Below the pieces are notes generated by a model. It was not told the DNA's origin. It worked only from the letters and a program-made list of their open reading frames with translations, and did not search any database. Below are positions 51,441-64,000 of a DNA stretch of 64,000 nt, in pieces (within the stretch, counting starts at the first letter, position 1; each line of letters starts with the position of its first letter). The translations under genes were made by a program, and so were the position numbers. This DNA is from Octopus sinensis. Lineage: Eukaryota. The stretch lies in NCBI RefSeq assembly GCF_006345805.1, contig NC_043001.1, forward strand, positions 111,352,001 through 111,416,000, in the 5' to 3' direction.

Positions 51441-51698
51441 TGGCATACAGCCTGGAATTGGTGCATTCTTTATTTTCTATTTGCGTTCCTTTTTTTTTAT
51501 TACTATAAGGGAGAAAAAAACATCCTATTCCGAGATTCCGAGTCCGAATGCTAATTGAATCTATAACGCAACACTGTCATCAGGTAGAACGTTCTAGTCA
51601 GAGTATAACAGATATTATTTTTGGCCATATGTAACTTTTAAAAATGCACATCAGAAAATCTTTCATTTCAGAAACTCGGTGTTTATCCCATGTTGGTA

Positions 51699-51925
51699 TT
51701 TTTCCTCAAATTTTCTGGTATTCTAACTTGACAACCATCAAAACTATATTTAAATCCGTGAATGGTACTTCGCAATCCAAAGCTGACATTCTTTGACACT
51801 TCATAATGATTCAATGTTATGTCAATGATACCAAGACGTATCAATGACACATGCTTGTATTACATCGCAAATATTAATCGATGTCAACCAAAACTACAAT
51901 ATTACAACAAGAAACAGTTGGTATA

Positions 51926-52001
<76 letters not shown>

Positions 52002-52730
52002 CTACAAAATTAGAGAATGGAGAAACATACTTAAATCAATAAAACATCAACTATCAGATGATACCGAATCAATACTTTAATACACCATTACATATCAGTA
52101 AAGGCATTATACAAAATATACAGTAAGAGTAAATATACAAAGAGATATAAGTATAAAATTTCAAATATAATATGTAATTAAATCAAATCTGACAGCTGTT
52201 TCGGCAGTGAGGGCAGTCATACCTCATTTAACCTATAAGCCATAAAGGCAGGTATAAATAAGGCATTAACAAGGATGCCCCACGGCCTCTTCAGAGAATT
52301 AAATTTGTTATAATTGTGAAAAAGATTATTTAACCCTATACATATAAATATAAAAATGTAAAATATAAAAACTTATACATACACTTCATAATGCTACACT
52401 TATATAATATAATACTCATTGGTACAATATGGAAGGTAAACAGAACAAAATAAAACAAAATATATATCAGTGATATTATTAATATTAATAAGCACCGATA
52501 TTATACATATTTGGCTAATAGTTTTTAAAAAAAACTAACACATAGGGAGATGAAAAATAATAATTAAAACCATGGTTCAGTTCATAAAATTATAAAGCTA
52601 TAAAAGTTAATAAAAATTAATATTAATATTAATAATAATAATAATAATAATAATATATATATATATATGAGCTTGTGTGCGTATGTATGAGCGAGTGTGT
52701 ACGTGTGTATCTATGTGTGAGTGTGTGTAC
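51699..52730 (+). repeat. Local duplication copy 1 (interrupted), paralogous to 55914-56219
   Basis: 51699-51922 matches 55914-56136, and 52661-52730 matches 56140-56219; the intervening ~740 bp is absent from copy 2. Confidence 0.85.
52188..52297 (-). ncRNA. Hammerhead ribozyme, intact core, extended helix II
   Basis: Minus strand TCT-CTGAAGA-GGC-C-GTGGGGCA...TGCCCTCAC-T-GCC-GAAA-CAGCTG-TC-AGA; palindromic ACAGCTGT helix III, GUC site. Confidence 0.8.
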
Positions 52731-52792
52731 CTGCATAAGGGTGGGGATATACATGTGCGTGTATATGTATACATATATTTTATGGGTATGTA

Positions 52793-53009
52793 GGAGAGTG
52801 TGTTGATGTTTCTGGGTTTGAGTAAAGGAAAATACAGGATGATCAGTTAATTATGATTTTATTCACCATATTCCCTCTCTAAGATTCACACGCTCGTTGA
52901 AGCGGTCCTTCAGTTTTTCTAAGCCCTGTTAAAGAACTAGGAAGGTTGTGCCTCCGACCAGGCATTTCAGGATACCTTTAAAGCTACGAACTTATCAAGC
53001 CCCACCCCG
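52793..53009 (-). mobile_element. mariner-derived MITE, diverged homolog of 42609-42821
   Basis: Shared GAAAATACAGGA..GTTAATT.TGATTTTATTC..CATATTCCC..CCCTGT.AAAGAACT core. Confidence 0.7.
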
Positions 53010-53039
53010 TATCGTACATGCAATCGTATTCATATGAAT

Positions 53040-53195
53040 ATAAATATATATACATACATATATATGTATCTATATATATATATGTATCTATATATATATA
53101 TGTATATATATATATATGTATCTATATATATATATGTATCTATATATATATATGTATCTATATATATATATGTATCTTAATAATATATATGTATC

Positions 53196-53245
<50 letters not shown>

Positions 53246-53320
53246 TGTATCTATATATATATGTATCTATATATATATGTGTATATATTTATATATGTGT
53301 TATCTATATATATATGTATC

Positions 53321-53352
<32 letters not shown>

Positions 53353-53488
53353 TATGTATATTATATATATTATGTATATATATATATGTATATATATATA
53401 TATGTATATTATATATATATATGTATATATATATATATGTATATATTATATATATATGTATATATATATATATGTAATATATATGTAT

Positions 53489-53537
<49 letters not shown>

Positions 53538-54631
53538 GTATTGATTGATTGATTGATTGATTCTAGTTTCAGCTTATGAGCTGTGGCCATGCTGGGGCAC
53601 CGCCATTTGGTGTTGCTACTTGGTTCACTTCATGGAGGCTTTCTAGCAACTGCTATTTGGTGCATGAGAGAGTTCGATGCAGTGCCCTCATCTGCCCCTC
53701 CTGCCGTGAAGTTGGTTCATCTGGGACACCTGACAGGAAGAGATCCAGCTTCATTTTAAAGACATCTGTATCCACCCCATGCAGGTCTCTCAGGTTCTTC
53801 GGGAGGATATTGAAGAGCTGTGGGCCTCGGAAGCCCAGGCTATCACAGAATCTTGTCCTACATCTTGATGGCAGGTTTGGAGTCCTAGGCACCACGCAGT
53901 GGCGCCCGTTCTGGCATTTGCGTAACTCTCGATGCCAAAGTTCAGGACACTTCCCTCCAGGATCTTCCAGATGTATATTATGGCATATCTTTCCCGCCTA
54001 CGCTCCAGAGAATATAATTTTAATCTCTTGAGTCTTTCCCAGTAGCTTACATTCTGCATAGAGGCTTTCTTCTTTGTGTAGCTTCGTTGGATCGCCTCAA
54101 GTTCTGTGATCAGTATATATATATATATATGTATATATGTATATATATATGTATATATATGTATATATGTATATATATATGTATATATATATGTATATAT
54201 ATGTATATATATATGTATATATATGTATATATGTATATATATATGTATATATATATATATGTATATGTATATATATATATATGTATATATGTATATATAT
54301 ATGTATATATGTATATATATATGTATATATATATATGTAATATGTATATATATATGTATATATATATATATGTGTATATGTGTATATATATTATTATATA
54401 TGTATAGATAGAGTATATATAATATATTATATATGTATATATGTATATATATATGTATATATGTATATATATATGTATATATATATATATATATGTATAA
54501 TATATATTGTATATACATATGTATATATATATATGTATGTATATATATATATATATGTATATATATAATATGTATATAAATATGTAATATATATGTATAT
54601 ATATATATGTATATATGTATATATATATATG

Positions 54632-54663
<32 letters not shown>

Positions 54664-54672
54664 GGATATATG

Positions 54673-54705
<33 letters not shown>

Positions 54706-54791
54706 GTATATATGTATATATATATATATGTATATATATAATATATATGTATATATGTATATATATTATGTATATATGTATATATATATAT

Positions 54792-54836
<45 letters not shown>

Positions 54837-55568
54837 GATAATATATAAGGTATATATATATATATATAATATATATATTATATATATATATCTATGGATA
54901 TATATATGGAAGATATATATAATATATATATGGATATAGATATATGTATTATATATATGTATATATATATTGTAATATATATATAATGTAATATATATAT
55001 GTACAGCTATATGTATATATGTATAGATATATATGTATATATAGAGTATATATATATGGTATATGTATATATATATATGTATATATGTATATATATATAT
55101 GTATATATATATATATAATTATAGATGTATATATATATATATATATGTTATATATATATAATATATGTATATATATATATATGTATATAAATAATATATA
55201 TATATATATACTGTATTAGAATATATATATATGTTATATATATATATGGTATATATATAATTGTATATATATATGTATATATATATATATGTAATAATAT
55301 ATCTATGTCTATATATATGTATATATATCTATATATGTATATATATATATATGTATATGTATATATATATATATGTATATATATATATGTATATATGTAT
55401 ATATATGTTATATATATAATATATATGTTATATATATATATATATGTATCTATATATATATGTATATATATATATATGTATCTATATATATATGTATATA
55501 TATATGTATATATATATATGTATCTATATATGTATGTATCTATATATGTATGTTATATCTATTGTATG

Positions 55569-55600
<32 letters not shown>

Positions 55601-55655
55601 ATATATATATAATATGTATATATATATATAGTATATATATAATATATATATATAT

Positions 55656-55687
<32 letters not shown>

Positions 55688-55740
55688 ATATATATATATA
55701 CACATATATATATATATATATACATTCATATATATATAGA
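53040..55740. repeat. ~2.7-kb degenerate (TA)n/(TATG)n tract containing a LINE insertion
   Basis: Directly visible. Confidence 0.95.
53540..54113 (-). mobile_element. CR1/Jockey-group LINE, 5'-truncated, with (ATCA)n tail
   Basis: [69 protein letters not shown]; 3' end GGCGGTGCCCCAGCATGGCCACAGCTCATAAGCTGAAACTAG. Confidence 0.9.
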
Positions 55741-56218
55741 TAGACAGAAAGTAAAATAAATAGATAGATACATATCTATTATATATATATATACATACAT
55801 TATATCTATGTATGTGTATTATATATATACACGCATACACACGCACAGACATACGCAAACACAAACCCATATATACCCATGCACACACGCTTATTTCGAG
55901 CAATTCTGGGGTTTTTTCCTCACATTTTCTGGTATTCTAACTTGACAACCATCGAAACTATATTTAAATCCTTGAATGGTACTTCGAAATCCCAAGCTGA
56001 CATTCCTTGACACTTCATAATAATTCAATGTTATGTCAACGATACCAAGACATATCAATGACACATGCTCGTATTACATCGCAAATATTTGTCTATGTCA
56101 ACCAAAGCTACAATATTACAACAAGAAACAGTTGGTGTGTATATATGGGTTTGTGTGCGTATGTGTGAGCGAGTGTGTGCGCGTTTATGTATGTGTGCAG
56201 GTGTGTGAGTGTGTGTAC

Positions 56219-56472
56219 CCGGCGAGATTCAGCGTGACACACAGTGACAAGTGTGGCCCTTTGAAATACGGGTGCAACAGAAACAGGAAGAAAGAGTAAG
56301 TGATAGTTGTGGTGAAAGAGCACAGCAGACGATGCCACCCCCCCCTACCGGAGCGTCGTGAAGCTTTAGGTGTTTTCACTCAATAAACATTCACAACGCC
56401 CGGTCTGGGAATGGAAACCGCGATCCTAAGGCCGCGAGTCCGCTGCCCTAACCACTGGGACATTGCACCTCC
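56219..56472 (-). mobile_element. SINE, head B plus tail Y
   Basis: Head B body joined to TTCAGCGTGACACACAGTGACAAG..GGCCCTTTG. Confidence 0.8.
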
Positions 56473-56741
56473 TCTGTGTGGTATGTAGCTTGATTACCAA
56501 CCATATGGTTCCGGGTTCATTCCCACTGCGTTGCACCTTGGTCAAGTGTCTCCTACTATAGCCTCCGGCCGACCAGAGCTTTGTGAGTGGATTTGGTAGA
56601 CGGAAAATAAATGAAGCCCGTCATATATATATATAACGGTAAGTTTATTAAAAGGAATCCGTGGGAAAACCCATTTAAATAAAAGAGTTGGAAACCACTG
56701 TTGGGAACCACTGTGAAAAGGTTGTCACTAAGCCATGCGAG

Positions 56742-57092
56742 TGCGGTATTTCGTCTGCCTTTACGTTCTGAGTTCAAATTTCGCTGAGGTCAATTTTACC
56801 TTTCGTCTTTTCGGGATCGCTGAATTAAGTACCAGTTGCGTACTGGGGTCGATGTAATCGACTGGCCTCCCCAACCCACCAAATTTCTTGTGCCTTGTGC
56901 CTAGAGTCGAAAAGAATATTTAAAACGTGTGCGTTATTTCGTCTGTCCTATGCTCTGAGCTCAAATTCCGCCGAGATCAACTTTGCCTTTCATCCTTTCG
57001 GGGTCGATAATTTAATTTCCAGTTGCGTGATGGGATCGTTCTAATCGATTAGCACCCTATCAAAAAATTCCGGGCCTTGTAGAAAAGAATAT
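56742..57092 (+). mobile_element. SINE family D headless tandem dimer
   Basis: Two TATTTCGTCTG..GAG.TCAAATT..CCTTTC..TTTCGGG.TCG units. Confidence 0.75.
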
Positions 57093-57730
57093 TATAAACG
57101 TGTGCACTTAATAGTTCTTATTTACATATATATGCACCTGGTTTTATTGAAAAGATTTATAACCTTATGTAATAAACATACGAACTTTTTGCACTTATAT
57201 GTAAATACAAACTGCACAGATTAAAAATACTAACTCAGGTTTAAATTTTAATGCAACTCTGTGTATATATCTGAGTGTGCAGAGAGTTCGAATCGGCTCG
57301 AATTTAACATAAAGTTGGAGGGAAGGAAGAAGCAATCTAAAACTGCCTCATTACCCAATGTTTTTTTTTTTGTATACATTAAGGCCATGCGTCCTTATAC
57401 ACATACGTGTGCGGTATTTCGTTTGCCTTTACGTTATCTCTGTTCAACCACAGGAACAGCGCTAAGGAGGTATGTATATAAATACAAGGTTATTACTAGT
57501 TCAGATGTGTTTGGGGCATCTTCGAACCCGTAAGAAAAGGCATTTGCTGTGTTTTTTTTCACGAGAAAATTTCTCGCAGAAGACAAATAGTGTAAAGACA
57601 CCTATAATTGACTTTATATTTTTAAAGGTATATAGAATTATACAATACATGTATATAGAGAGAGATAGAGGGAGAGAAAGAGAAGCACAAAGAGAGAGAT
57701 AGAGACAGAGATAAACAGACAGACATATAA

Positions 57731-57779
<49 letters not shown>

Positions 57780-57869
57780 ATGAAGGAGATTAAGTTACTT
57801 CATTTTCCTGATATTTTGATTCATGCCAGATTTTTTATAGCCAAGATGCTGCGATGATCACATTATTCT

Positions 57870-58153
57870 GCTAGTCGGCTCATAAGGGTCGGTTTCCCGG
57901 TTTACTTGGCGTATAGGTTCCCCACCTGGACGGGACGCCGGTCCGTCGCAGGTGAGCTGCAAGATGCAAGAGGAAAGAGTGAGAGAACGTTGTGGCGAAA
58001 GAGTCAGCAGAAGTTCGCCATTACCTTCTGCTGGAGCCGCGTGGAGCTTAGGTGTTTCGCTCATAAACACACACATCACCCGGTCTGAGATTCGAACCCA
58101 CGATCTTTCGACTGCGAGTCCGCTACACTAACCACTAGACCATGTCCCTCCAC
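57870..58153 (-). mobile_element. SINE, head B variant plus tail X
   Basis: CCTGGACGGGACGCCGGTCCGTCGCAG plus GAAAGAGTGAGAGAA..GCGAGTCCGCT. Confidence 0.8.
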
Positions 58154-58589
58154 GGGATACATACATAAGGAACACGTATTCCCAACTGAGAAAGAGGTTT
58201 TTCATACTAGTTGAATAATTTGATTAGACTGACGATACAACACAGGCATACCGCAACATTCTTCGTTTCGTGTTACGGATATTTGAACTTTATGTCGTTT
58301 GTTAAAGAAATAAATTAATGGTAAAATTAAAACTCAGCTTCGATTGATTTATGCCACTTTACGTCCGCTTCATGTTTAAAAGCATTTATTTTAAAAAAAA
58401 CATAGCAACCAATACTGAAGTGAAAAAGAAACAAAATACATGAAAATACGTACAAAATATTTACTGAAACGGATATAAGTTACATAAGCATTGAGACGTT
58501 TCTAATGCTTTATCGTGTTACGTCGTTTTTCGAGTTAAGTCGCATGTCTTGGAATCAGCTCTCAACGAAATTTGAAGTACGCCATTCCT

Positions 58590-58803
58590 TTACTCTCTTT
58601 TTACTCTTTTACTTCTTTCAGTCATTTGACTGCGGCCATGCTGGGGAACCGCCTTTAGTAGAGCAAATCGACCCCAAGACTTATTCTTTGTAAGCCTAGT
58701 ACTTATTCTATCGGTTCTCTTTTGCCGGTTACAGGGACATGAACACATCGTCATCGGTTGTCAAGCGATGTTGGGGTGACAAACACAGACACACAAGCAT
58801 ATG

Positions 58804-58837
<34 letters not shown>

Positions 58838-58978
58838 CACACATATACGACGGGCTTCTTTCAGTTTCCGTCTACCAAATCCACTCGCAAGGCTTTGGTC
58901 GACCCGAGGCTATTGTAGAAGACGTTTGTCCAAGGTGCCACGCGGTGGGACTGAACCCGGAACCATATGGTTGGTAAG
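58590..58978 (-). mobile_element. Family A SINE, nearly full length
   Basis: Matches the family A consensus. Confidence 0.88.
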
Positions 58979-59600
58979 GCATACAACTGCGATATTCGTC
59001 TCTAGAAAGCATGTCATATAGTGGTATAGTGTTGAGAAATGTACAGCTTTACGAGATACATTCTTCAAGCAAATATTACTGATTTACAGCTCCCTACAGT
59101 TTCTTATGTCTGTTCAGTAGGACATACAGAATATTCTTTTGAAATAATACTGCTTCAGTTACCACAACAAACCTATTTAAATTATTGAATCTCACGCCCT
59201 TGTCAGTAACAAATCGTACAGTTTATAAAGAATACGCCATGCTCTGGTATGTCATACGTTGATGGTGTCTCGGTCATGAGAATTTCGGTTAAAGTAAGGG
59301 TGTCACTATTCTTATTTTCTACACTATTCTGCAATCAGAAACCCGTGTATATTTTCGTATGCTATATTCACATTTGTTGAAGAGGAAACTTTCTACAGTC
59401 ATGTCAACCATTGTAGTAATGTTGACAGATATTTTTTCTCTCTCCTTCTCTTTACTCCTCCTCCTCTCTTTCTCAACTCATGTTGACAGGTCTTCATGTC
59501 TATAACATTTTGTCTATAATGTTTTCGAACACAAATCACCTATCATTCAGTATTTATGTAATATCCCAATTCGCATCATCCCTGAATATGAACATGAATG

Positions 59601-59654
<54 letters not shown>

Positions 59655-61896
59655 TCTCCCACTGATACGACTGTCCAGTAATATATATTTTTTGTTATGA
59701 CGCATTTCTGAAATGTCCGAGCTTTTTGCTTTCTGTTCTCATTAGACACAGGAATTTCAATATATTCCATCAATTGAAATGGCAAATATTTTGCTTTACA
59801 TCTACTTGTGAATGAATCCCATCTCAAATAGACCAGCAAATGGCTTCGCTCTTGATCGTTATTTTCACTTCTATAAACTTACGTTGTAAATTGATGAAAT
59901 CAGTTTGTAAATTGATAAAATCCAGAGGTATTAAGGTGTGAATGAAATATTAGGCATATGTTTTCCCGGTATATTATTTCCGGAAAGAAAATAAAAAGTA
60001 TTCAATACGATTTTCCAGAAACTTAATCTATTTTGCCATCTATTCATTCTCATCATACAAAATGCTTGGATGTTAGGCACATTTAAACAAATTTAATTAA
60101 TTCCTCGATACGACTCACTGCGATTGGTTGTGTGTGTGTGTGAAGAAGACATCTAATTTAATGAGATAATATGAATGCTCTTCAACTCTATCAGAAGATT
60201 CGAAGAGGCATCAAAATTAACAACCTTTAAATACAGAAATTTTTTTTTTCTTTTGGTCAGTGAATTGAATGTAGAAAACTCTTTAACGCATCCATCTACG
60301 ATCGTGATTTTCTCCTGAATTCGGTCTTAACATATACCCTAATCACTTCTAGTAGGATTTTTCTGTGTAATACAACTGCTATAGGAGGAAACATCACCAG
60401 CCCCAATTATTTGTTTCGAAGGAGAATATGAATGCGTATACACCCGGTCTTACTACCTGTTACACATAGCAACCACACTGATCTCGAATCATCCATCAGC
60501 GAGCTGTAAGACGGGAAAATAATACTATATACTATAACATGACACAACTGTGTTTGAAAAAAAACGGGACGACCATCATTGCCAAATGAATTAGGATAGA
60601 ACTGTACTTATTGAAGGCTTGCCAGGGGTTAAACAACAACAACTGTGGGAGAAGAGCTAATATTTAAAATTTCATTAAATTCAATGTAGTCAATCACAAT
60701 TTATTTATTAACAATGCAGTTTTGAAACAACGACTGAATGCTTAAAGAAGTTTTAAAAATCAATGCTTATTCTTTATGTTTGGTAATAAATGTTGTATTT
60801 CAAATATATGCAGAGTAACCGACACTAATCAATTGTCGATTCAACTTCATCTTTATAGTTGGAAAAACACTTTGTTTTTTTCCTTTATCCTCTAAGTCCA
60901 CCAAACTTGGTATTCTAATTAACAATTACGAATGCAATACATTTCCTATTAACGCACGTTTTACATGAGTATAAATCACGTATATTTGTAAAGGTGTTCT
61001 TCGTTTCAATTAATGTTATTGGGACGTAAATTAGCTTTCACTAGAATTCACTAGTCTTCCAGTCAAAGTAATTCATAATTAGAGAGAATGTTTAATGAAA
61101 CATCGTTGTTTCAATTAGTAACAAAATTACGGTGATTAATTTTCGTTGGGACTTTTTTTCTGATTTTTACTGATTGATCACTGAAAGTGATACAATTACA
61201 TACTTTCCGATAGACTACATTTAGGTTAAATCTTCTGCTTAGATATACCTTAGATGTTTCTTAGAAACAACTTAAAGAATCTTCATTGCTGTCGAACTAT
61301 AAAGCCTACATTATTTATAAATGAATATCCAATATGACTACTAAATTATCCTTGACGAAAGCGGTAGCCCATTTATGAAAGTAGCAAATATTGTTACAAT
61401 CGTATGCTTTCTTTATTTAAAATATAGCATCAAAGTAAGAAAGTCATCGGAAAGCGATAGAGAAGATTTATGAAGAACATTAATGGAATAAAGGTGATAA
61501 CATCTCGAAATTATTTTAAGAAAGAACAATGAAAAGCTTTCATACTGTATTACTTTGCTTAAATAGGAAAATGAATGTTGTATCATTTAGAATGCTTCGC
61601 CGATCTGCCAGCAATTACGATATTTTCCCTAGAACCAATAGAGGAGCTTCTACACGGTCGATAAACTTGTCAAGAATAAAAGTCAAATGTTCCTCAAATT
61701 ACACCATACTCTCTTGAACAAAAACTTGTACATTAGATAATTTAGTCCTAAATATGTAGCACTTGACAGAAGCACGGAAACATCATACCTGAAAATCGTT
61801 TCATCATAGTCTTGTTCATATAAGGACAACAGAGATCTGAACAGGAGCAATATATCCTCAGTGGTTGAGCTAGAGTATCATACCTTCATGATATTC

Positions 61897-62025
61897 TAGC
61901 AATGCCATCACGCTTTAGGACCAGTTACTGCAACATCCTGGGTTTCAAGGGCTCACAGCTTTTTAGTATTCTCCCATAGAGTCTGAGGAACTTGCACAAA
62001 GTAGATGTAGGGGATTTTAGAAACG
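61897..62025 (+). mobile_element. Fragment of the same CR1/Jockey-group LINE as 53540-54113
   Basis: MPSRFRTSYCNILGFKGSQLFSILP*SLRNLHKVDV aligns to [35 protein letters not shown]. Confidence 0.75.
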
Positions 62026-62955
62026 CTGGAAATGAAAATCAATTTTTCTTCACCGACCAATATATTGTGTTATTTGAATCAAAAAGTTTCGAGGATTTTG
62101 TAATAAACACGTTAATTTGCTCCGGAAAAGAGAAACTGGTGTACAAATTTGTAGCTTGACCTGTTATACATAACAGTCATGACACACATCCCCTCAGTAA
62201 GTCATACAATCTTTAAAATTTGACCTGGTATAGGAGATATTGTATAAAGCAGACAAATTATTTACAATCATGAAAAAAAAACATGACGACCAAGGTGAGA
62301 TAGAACATTGTCATGATTGAGCTAGAATAGCATACCTGATCAGGTTAAAGCAACAAGTATAAAGATCACATCGCATAATTTCTTTAAATTTGAAATCCCG
62401 AGTTTATCTTTTAAATGTTATATTGCAATGATATTTGAAGATAAAACAACTACGAATGGAAAGTGTCGAAGTACGATGAGAATATCTCTATTTAGCAGGA
62501 ACCATTGTGAGTATAGAAACTTATACATATACAAATATATATTTTTAAATATATATAAATATATTTACACAGACACACACACACATATTGTGAGGGATAA
62601 GGAGCTTAAACTTTATATAATACCCTTTTAACAAAATGAACGTTTTCGTTCCATCTCTCAGTTATTGCACAGATGCTGCTCTTTCGCGTTTCTACACACA
62701 ATCGCTTGTAGTATGTGTATGTGTGTGTGTATGTATGTATGTACGTGTATGTGTGAGTGTGTGTGTGTCTCAATGTGAGTGGCTCTATGGGTGTAAGTGG
62801 GTGTATGCCTAAATATATACACATACATCCACAAATCCCAAGAGCTGCCTTGGCTTAAGCGAAAAGGTTCTAGGTTGGAATGCCTGGAACATGCTTGAAC
62901 ACACCTGAGAATATATTAGATCTGTGCTTTTTTCTCTCTTTATATATATATGCGG

Positions 62956-63024
<69 letters not shown>

Positions 63025-63654
63025 CGTACACATATATGTACGTATATATGTGCATGTTTTTCTATATATATATATATATATACACATAAGCATGTTTATA
63101 ATTACATACACCCACATATATTTCCAGGTGTGTACAGTTATGCGTGTGCGCGTGTGCACGAGTGTGTGTGTGTGTGTGTATGTGTGTGTCCACGAGTGTG
63201 TATGACTGTGTTTGTGTGTATGTTTGTGTGTGTTTATATATTTGTTTCCATTTACCTGGTGTGATTTGTACTATTGTTATTTGTGCATCTTTTTTTCGTA
63301 TTGCGAATTTCCGCATCACTCTGCACAAGAAGTATAAAATTTATATTTTCCGTTTTAGCTATAAAATCAAGTTCTTCTAACCCGTTCATGGTTTAATGTA
63401 ATCGTTCTTTTCTGCACTTAATTGGAGTTCTAATGCAGGGAGAAACAATGAACCACTTTCCACTGGCGCCTTGAGCAAACAGCTCTCTTGAATGTATTGA
63501 ATCAACAATGTGACAATAACACCCAGGGAATATTACTGATAAAAATAAGGATACAGCATATTTTTACATTTTAACTAATTTATTTTAAAACTCTAAAAAC
63601 TTAAGGAATCTTCATATATAACGATGATAATAAACTACAAATCGATTTTCCTAG

Positions 63655-63691
63655 TTTACCGTGTTGCAGAAGTTGATGGTACACATCGACC
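63655..63691 (+). CDS. Candidate small exon (37 nt, phase 1-2), YWTD-repeat-like
   Basis: gattttcctag|TTTACC...CGACC|gtaatt; xYRVAEVDGTHR(P) resembles the VA.LDG..R motif and, like 10373-10406, ends in a split Pro codon. Confidence 0.3.
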
Positions 63692-64000
63692 GTAATTAAA
63701 TTGTTTATAACCGTTTATAACAGTTATAACAGTTATTCAAAGACGGAATATAGCAGTTTTCAATTTACCTCATCAACTAAAGCAAATTCATATAAATATA
63801 TTTAGGGAAAATATGTATATTTATATTGGTGCTTAAGAATTTTGAATGGTTAATTTATACTTAGAAAGATTTAATATCTATCTATGGCAAGTAAAATTCC
63901 CGAGATCCATGGAGGAATTCCCTCAACCAGTGTTTATCCCTCATCATTGCTATCATGTCCTGACTCCCTGAGATCAATGTCTGTCCTTAGGGCATTAACA

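Noticed and set aside
51521-51590. Minus-strand CTGATGA with a weak stem upstream of the PLE RT relic
   Set aside because: No GAAA/helix III in register; too degenerate to call a hammerhead.
56640-56713. hAT-like end GTTGG(G/A)AACCACTG in duplicate (similar at 10315-10326)
   Set aside because: No matching opposite TIR or 8-bp target duplication was found.

Overview
AT-rich, microsatellite-dense eukaryotic DNA, most likely from an octopus (inferred from the tRNA-derived SINE families and repeat landscape, not checked by a search). There is no intact long protein-coding ORF: nearly every ORF in the track is a translation of simple repeats or a decayed transposon fragment. The window is a mosaic of four tRNA-derived SINE families, Tc1/mariner and pogo relics and MITEs, and a four-copy A-B-A-B non-autonomous Helitron array. 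It also holds R4/Dong-type LINE fragments nested in (TAA)n, CR1/L2/RTE LINE ends, an ORF1-only Tx1/L1-like element and Penelope-like (PLE) RT fragments. Two signals stand out. (1) About ten type-I minimal hammerhead-ribozyme motifs from several sequence families occur, mostly in short segments bounded by (TA)n; some have an intact core and an unusually long helix II, and two form an inverted pair. (2) A phase-consistent chain of 32-51 nt candidate exons on the + strand splices into a YWTD/LDL-receptor class B beta-propeller-like peptide (..LQKPHKVYIDHQTRKLFFTD..), suggesting the window is mostly intron of a gene built from very small exons. Both were found by eye and need computational and RNA-seq confirmation.
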